Assembly: GCA_010909165.1 (NCBI GenBank)
Contig: MU008163.1
Location: forward strand, 1,798,001-1,862,000
Direction: 5' to 3'
DNA length: 64,000 bases
From: Anthoceros angustus
Taxonomy: Eukaryota > Plantae > Anthocerotophyta
Part shown: positions 60,171 to 64,000 of the stretch, one piece after another
Layout of the letters: each line of letters opens with the position of its first letter
Numbering within the stretch: position 1 is the stretch's first letter
The notes under the pieces: generated by a model
Told to the model about the DNA's origin: nothing
The model's database searches: none
What the model saw: the letters and a program-made list of their open reading frames with translations, nothing else
Made by a program: the position numbers and the translations under genes

Positions 60171-60592
60171 TGAAGCTTGTTCAACTGCCAGGAAGGAATC
60201 AGCCGTTTGTTTAGTTTCATACCTCTTCTGCACCATAAATGTTTCCTTTCAAGCTTAGAAAGGTGAGACCGTCTAGACTCAAGTCGCCGCACCGTGTGTG
60301 GACCTGCTGATCAAAGGATTGCTGCTGGCAATGCTGCTGTTGGGCATCTCCAGATGTTGAGAGGAGAAGATCCTCTGCGCTTTGAAGCTTATTCAACTGC
60401 CAGCAAGGTACCAGCCGTTTGTTTAGTTTCATACCTCTTCTGCACCACAAATGTTTCCTTTCAAGCTTAGAAAGGTGAGACCGTCTAGACTCAAGTCGCC
60501 GCACCCTGTGTGGACCTGCTGATCAAAGGATTGCTGCTGGCAATGCTGCTGTTGGGCATCTCTAAATGTTGAGAGGAGAAGATCCTCTGCGC
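60171..60592. repeat. Near-perfect 212-bp tandem duplication
   Basis: tgaagctt.ttcaactgccag...tcatacctcttctgcacca...gagaggagaagatcctctgcgct starts at 60171 and again at 60383. Confidence 0.95.
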
Positions 60593-60649
60593 TCATGACA
60601 GCTGTAGGCAACCTCCTTGACTGTACGCTGCCGCCTTGCTCGTTTTGCG

Positions 60650-61231
60650 CCTGCTTTTATGACAAAACGGCATAGAGTATCCGCAATTCGACAGCCGCGG
60701 TCCAGCCACAAGTCTGTGCGGAGTGACATTGTGTGAGTGTGTGACGAAAATTGCTCTTGAGATCCCCAGCCTTTTGATCAAGACGTGAAGCAAATCCGAC
60801 CGAATCACTGTACTGCTCGCTCGTCGGCACGGTATCTGCAGATGCGCTTCTCGCGCAAAGGAGAGGCCGAGAGAACCAAGCTAAAGCCTCTTCCGACAAA
60901 GCCAGGCTTGTTAGTTAGCACGTTTCATGATAAAAAGGAGACTGCCGATCACTAAAGCTCGGCAATCCGAAGACTGGATAGGCTATCGAAATTACACATA
61001 CTCTGGAATGGACTGTGAACGTTCCCACCTTAAATGAGTATCTAGCATGTAGCATGGACCCATGCTTGGAATTATGGGCAGGATCACAGCCCTAGTGCTA
61101 GCCTCGGCTGCGGTCACGACCTCAATGTGCCGCTCTGGTGCTCCCAGTTGACGGCTGTTGTTATGCACAATATGGACAACACGAAACAAATCGTGGGAAG
61201 AAGTCATCGCCTTCAGAGCTCATTGTCAAGC
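60650..61231 (-). pseudogene. Possible degenerate second DUF151/BBD fragment
   Basis: DLFRVVHIVHNNSRQLG...RAVILPII resembles the BBD ..RCVHNNPQGG...LLLPII segment; SDLLHVLIKRLG resembles DUF151 DLL...i..LG; frames are broken. Confidence 0.3.
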
Positions 61232-61318
61232 CTGCAAAATCTCACGAACATTGTTAGCACTGTGTTGCAGAGCCTAGATGCCAAAGACAAGATACGACAT
61301 GTATGGTTCATGATAAAC

Positions 61319-63522
61319 TCAGTACCCAGAAGCTTCAGTAGTACGACGAAAGGCTTTCAACGCGTCTCGCAGGCGAGCTACAAAGTCCGACAGCAACCAT
61401 CATCAAAGATGCCGAGGGTGTGAAGATCCACATAAAACAAACCATGCTCATGTGACAGACCTGCATCCTTGTAGTGCTCCTCGTAAATAGCAATCAGGAG
61501 GTCTTTAACGAGAGAAAATTCAAGTGCCTCAGGATCTTCCGTGGGTAATCTGCTTCATCCAGGAGGGGGGACAGTCAGATACACAGGATGGAAGGACATC
61601 GGCAGCTTATTTCAGAGGAAAGGTAAGAGTTACGGAATAACCTGTAAGGTAGGTCAATGGGAACCTGAGGACAAAAACCGACAAGGAGATCAGGCAAGCT
61701 TCTCAAATGTGGCAACCACTATCACACTACGGGTCCATGACAGATCCACTTTCCTCCTCCCCAGGGAAAAGCCAACCCACGAGGAGAGAACACAATCAAA
61801 ACCAAGCGGATGATGTGGCACAAAGTCTGCCTTACCTTGAACTGATCCATAAATTTCATGGCTTCCGACAATACAATCTCAAGATGAACCATTGTCCGCG
61901 CAAGGCTAAGAATCTGGCAAATCACAAATTGTTTTTACTCCACACTGACCTGGTGACATGTTCCTAAGTTGCAAGATGACTCACAACTTTCCTCGGCGCA
62001 CATGTGTTGGTAACCGATGGTTAATCAGGAGGCTTACATTTGACATATACAGCCGAGCATAGAAATGATGCTTGTTGCACTCAGTCCTTTCCACACGCAG
62101 GCTAACAACATGGGGCTGAAGAAAACACAATGCACAGTTAGTAATGCTCACTTTTCACATCTGGCTCACAAGGAATATTCATTCATACTAGGCACAACGT
62201 TATTCACACAAAGGATTATTTCTTACCCGGTAGCCCAGCCTAAGCAGGGACAGCAGTTGACAAGGCCCAATAGTGGTGGTCTCATGTTCTTCGTCAAGCA
62301 CATCAGACGCATCCCAGTCTTGCCAATAGCTGCCGGGTCTCAAGCGCAACTGTCGAAACCATAATGCTGACAGATCGACATGATCCTTGACCTCTCCCTG
62401 CATCAGTATCATGGTCCGAACCTGAAGAAAGTTCCTAGACACTGGACACTTGTACGCTTGAGACCTGCATTAAGCACGGACAGAGTGTGAGCAACGGAGT
62501 GTTGAACGATATTAACAAGCTTCACCCAGTGGAAAAGAAAGAGTTGCAAATGACAGTACAGGGTGTCAAAATGATCAGCTCGAGGGCTCAGAAGTTGCGA
62601 CCTGCTCTCGATAGGAATCTGCAAACAAGCATCCAAAAAGAAATCAGACGCCCTTCAAGCCCTTAGAACACGAAGTCTTTCCTGCACATCCAGCTCTTGC
62701 GCGTGAGCAAAACGCTAAAAACAAGCTCATTGTCAGTGCTAAAAACATCCACTTCCGCCTGCTCCACATCAGAGAGGCCAACCCAGGAAGACGTAACACA
62801 ATCAAGAGCAAAAGCCTAGGCCAGAAAGCTTGCCATACCTCAAACAGAGTAGCTATTCTAGAGGCCTCTGATGAATCAACTTTTATCATGACAGACACGA
62901 GCCTGCTCTTCTGGCAAATCAGAAGTTCGTATTAGTCCACAATGACCTAGTCAAAGTATTCCTACAAAATCACAACTTCCCTCAACACAGTTGACAATGG
63001 GCAATAGAACGGAAAACATACTTTGAACAAGCTGACTCCAACAGTGTAAGTATCCTTCAAACAGGTAAAAACGCGAATGGTTTCAACCTGAACAAAACAC
63101 AATGCGTTGTCAGTATCTCGGATCTCATTTTCTTGTGTATATTCACTCACACAAGGGACAATATTCTCTTTACACGCAGGTTCATTCGTTACCTGGAAAC
63201 CCGCCCCTGCAAGTGTCACAAGCTCGACAATTCCAAAGAGTGGGTTCTCAGCCTTTTCGGAAAATTGGAAGCACACCCTAAACCCGCAGATGCTCTTCCA
63301 CTGGGACGACAATCCCACCCTGGGAGCAAGTAGCTTTTGCTTTGCTCCCGTCCATGAGGACCTCAAACTCTCCACCCTGCTGTTCAGGGACGCAGAGATA
63401 CCGATCCTGGGCCTGGAACAAATCCTGGCCGAAGACCAGAAACTGTAATAGGTTCTGGTCCCTGCTTTGCAATAATCCTGAGCTGCAAAGCCCACCACCG
63501 GGACGGCGTTCATGGATGCCAT
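61319..63522 (-). CDS. Divergent bifunctional nuclease (DUF151/BBD-like) protein with a plastid-type transit peptide and a C-terminal UVR motif, multi-exon
   Basis: The last two exons (61549-61461 and about 61377-61319) join in phase to EALEFSLVKDLLIAIYEEHYKDAARLRDALKAFRR, as in the BBD C-terminus; also ALWFRQLRL and FSVLL; Ser/Arg-rich N-terminus MASMNAVPVVG; internal exon boundaries are uncertain. Confidence 0.6.
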
Positions 63523-63826
63523 CTGGAACAGAGTTGTCATTTCCAATACCAACAACAGATGTGTCAGGAATCTCCACATTACCTCAGTCCACAGCAAAAG
63601 TGTGCTCACTCAGCTCACACAATCCAACATTGCTCAAACCAGCCCAGATGGTGCCGCACGGGGCGGCACCAATTGGGTTGGTGTGAAGCTCTTGCACGCA
63701 AGACACACGGCCAGTAGCCATAGTTGGCATGTCCAGACTCATGGAAGTGCTTCCGCCGGCAACCAAAGTGTTTCCGAGCATCGTCACACTCTCCCGATCA
63801 TGGGGTCAGTTATCCTTTCTAATTCC

Positions 63827-63960
63827 AAAGCAAAAACCTTCCCTAGCTAACAAAGTTACGTTTTAAAAAACTTAACCACTTTAAACCTATTTCAAAAGCA
63901 AAAACCTTCCCTAGCTAACAAACTTTAGGCTTTAAAAAACTTAACAACTATAAACCTATT
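63827..63960. repeat. About 68-bp tandem duplication
   Basis: aaagcaaaaaccttccctagctaacaaa...ttaaaaaacttaac.act.taaacctatt x2. Confidence 0.85.
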
Positions 63961-64000
63961 GAATAAGAGCTTTGGAAGAAGGTGTTGCACACAAAGACTT

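Noticed and set aside
60171-60592. 212-bp duplication considered as a duplicated coding exon
   Set aside because: The unit length is not a multiple of three and each frame hits stops; treated as non-coding.

Overview
Gene-dense nuclear genomic DNA of a non-seed land plant. It is most likely a hornwort, or less likely a fern or lycophyte: introns are short, one PPR protein ends in a DYW:KP domain with a C-terminal DRH, and mitochondrial-type rps13 and rps14 are nuclear. Supported genes are SKIP/SNW1, four PLS-class PPR RNA-editing factors, a stand-alone HDAC6-type ZnF-UBP protein, mitochondrial-type RPS14 and RPS13, eIF2B-beta, a DHX37-like DEAH helicase, a YSL/OPT transporter, the TFIIA large subunit, a CCA-adding enzyme, an NPF/PTR transporter and a divergent DUF151/BBD-like nuclease. 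Two transposon-debris blocks lie at about 14-21.5 kb and 36.4-43.4 kb. The main finding is an OSB-type PDF motif (known from plant organellar single-stranded-DNA-binding proteins) placed between the targeting peptide and the PPR array in three of the four PPR loci. It is intact in the candidate U-to-C DYW:KP editor (6831-9104), eroded in an inverted paralogous leader (3066-5552), and out of frame in a third locus (46687-46806). Family assignments come from recognising motifs by eye and from recalled family knowledge; no searches were run. Exon boundaries were inferred manually.
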